Positions 63,440-64,000 of a stretch of 64,000 bases of DNA are shown one piece after another. Both the position numbers and the translations under genes were made by a program. The stretch is from Oscillospiraceae bacterium (lineage in GTDB: Bacteria > Bacillota > Clostridia > Oscillospirales > CAG-272). The stretch's first letter is position 1; the number at the start of each line of letters is the position of its first letter. The DNA lies in the NCBI GenBank assembly GCA_015064395.1, contig SVSH01000010.1:4890-68889 (forward strand). The letters are read 5' to 3'. Below the pieces are notes generated by a model. That model worked only from the letters and a program-made list of their open reading frames with translations, had not been told where the DNA came from and made no database searches.

Positions 63440-63593
63440 CGTTCTACCTCTGCGCAGCAGGCTTTTTTGTTGTGCCCGGCGCCATCCGCCGGACGCGTCC
63501 TGCGGACGGGCATGCATACTCTGCCGGAGGGAGGTACACATATTCCGCCGCAAGGCCGGAATAAATCAAAGATTACAGGAGGTGCCGATAACT

Positions 63594-63755
63594 ATGGCGA
63601 ATGACGTAAGAGTCAAGGTCACTCTGGTATGCACTGAGTGCAAGCAGAGAAATTATGACACAAAGAAAAACAAAAAGAACGACCCGGATAGAATCGAGCT
63701 GAAGAAGTTCTGCCGCTTCTGTCGCAAGCACACGACTCACAAAGAGTCTAAGTAA
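63594..63755 (+). CDS. rpmG: 50S ribosomal protein L33
   Basis: 53 aa. CxxC...CxxC zinc ribbon (CTECKQRNY...CRFCRKHT). AGGAGG RBS. Confidence 0.95.
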   Translation: MANDVRVKVTLVCTECKQRNYDTKKNKKNDPDRIELKKFCRFCRKHTTHKESK

Positions 63756-63772
63756 TCAGGGGAGGTAAATTC

Positions 63773-64000
63773 ATGGAAGAAATGAACAAGAAGGCTCCCG
63801 AAGCCGCTGAAAAGCAGACCAAAGCAGCAAAGCCCGCAAAGAAGGACAAGAAGCCTCTGGGCGAGCGCATGGGTCACTTTTTCCGCAGCTATAAGAGCGA
63901 GATCAAAAAGATCGTTTGGTGTCCCTGGAAGCAGGTACGCAAGAACTCCCTTGTCGTTCTCGCCCTGGTGGTTGCCTGCGCAATCGCAATTTGCGCGCTG
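63773..64000 (+). CDS. secE: preprotein translocase subunit SecE (3' end beyond the window)
   Basis: Lys-rich N-terminus, then FFRSYKSEIKKIVWCPWKQV and a TM segment. Conserved rpmG-secE order. GGGGAGG RBS. Confidence 0.85.
   Translation, partial: MEEMNKKAPEAAEKQTKAAKPAKKDKKPLGERMGHFFRSYKSEIKKIVWCPWKQVRKNSLVVLALVVACAIAICAL

Noticed and set aside
62627-63604. 325-aa plus-strand ORF
   Set aside because: The translation is S/P/R-rich and low-complexity. The ORF runs through the rpmG promoter and leader. The opposite strand encodes a protein with a signal peptide, a TM anchor and its own terminator.
1-64000. A prophage, ICE, defence island or biosynthetic gene cluster
   Set aside because: I recognised no integrase, recombinase, transposase, capsid/terminase, conjugation, restriction-modification, cas, or PKS/NRPS-type genes. 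Apart from the repeats and two mini-cassettes, the gene content is core housekeeping.

Overview
GC-rich chromosomal segment (GC judged by eye, not computed) from a spore-forming Firmicute. Synteny looks Clostridia / Oscillospiraceae-like; that taxon is inference. I call about 53 protein genes. Nearly all are core housekeeping genes in classic Firmicutes clusters:
- spoIIE
- tilS-hpt-ftsH
- yybS-gdpP-rplI-dnaB
- rimP-nusA-ylxR-ylxQ-infB
- priA-def-fmt-(Zn peptidase)-rsmB-rlmN-(PASTA)-rsgA-thiN
- yicC-remA-gmk-rpoZ
- efp, trkA-trkH, rpmG-secE

Accessory content:
- the 3' part of a very large, codon-optimised, surface-layer-like protein gene
- a corrinoid protein plus its reductive activase
- a GH78 rhamnosidase
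- an XRE/DUF6809-like mini-cassette
- an AT-rich islet carrying an Arc-type repressor and a DUF2493 SLOG protein, next to a YpsA (DUF1273) SLOG paralog

I saw no rRNA, tRNA, CRISPR array, transposase or integrase.

The outstanding feature is a family of hairpin-dense, modular repeat elements that I do not recognise as any named family. It occupies 10 intergenic loci, roughly 6 kb or about 9% of the window.
- It includes a near-identical 463-bp tandem duplication.
- Two copies of about 570-600 bp are bounded by terminal inverted repeats.
- Several hairpin modules keep their loops while their stems co-vary.
- A stem whose arms lie about 65 nt apart shows compensatory changes.
- Element termini overlap the stop codons of four genes.
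- Some copies sit 20-36 nt upstream of start codons inside conserved operons.

All coordinates and motifs were read by eye. No searches or statistics were run.
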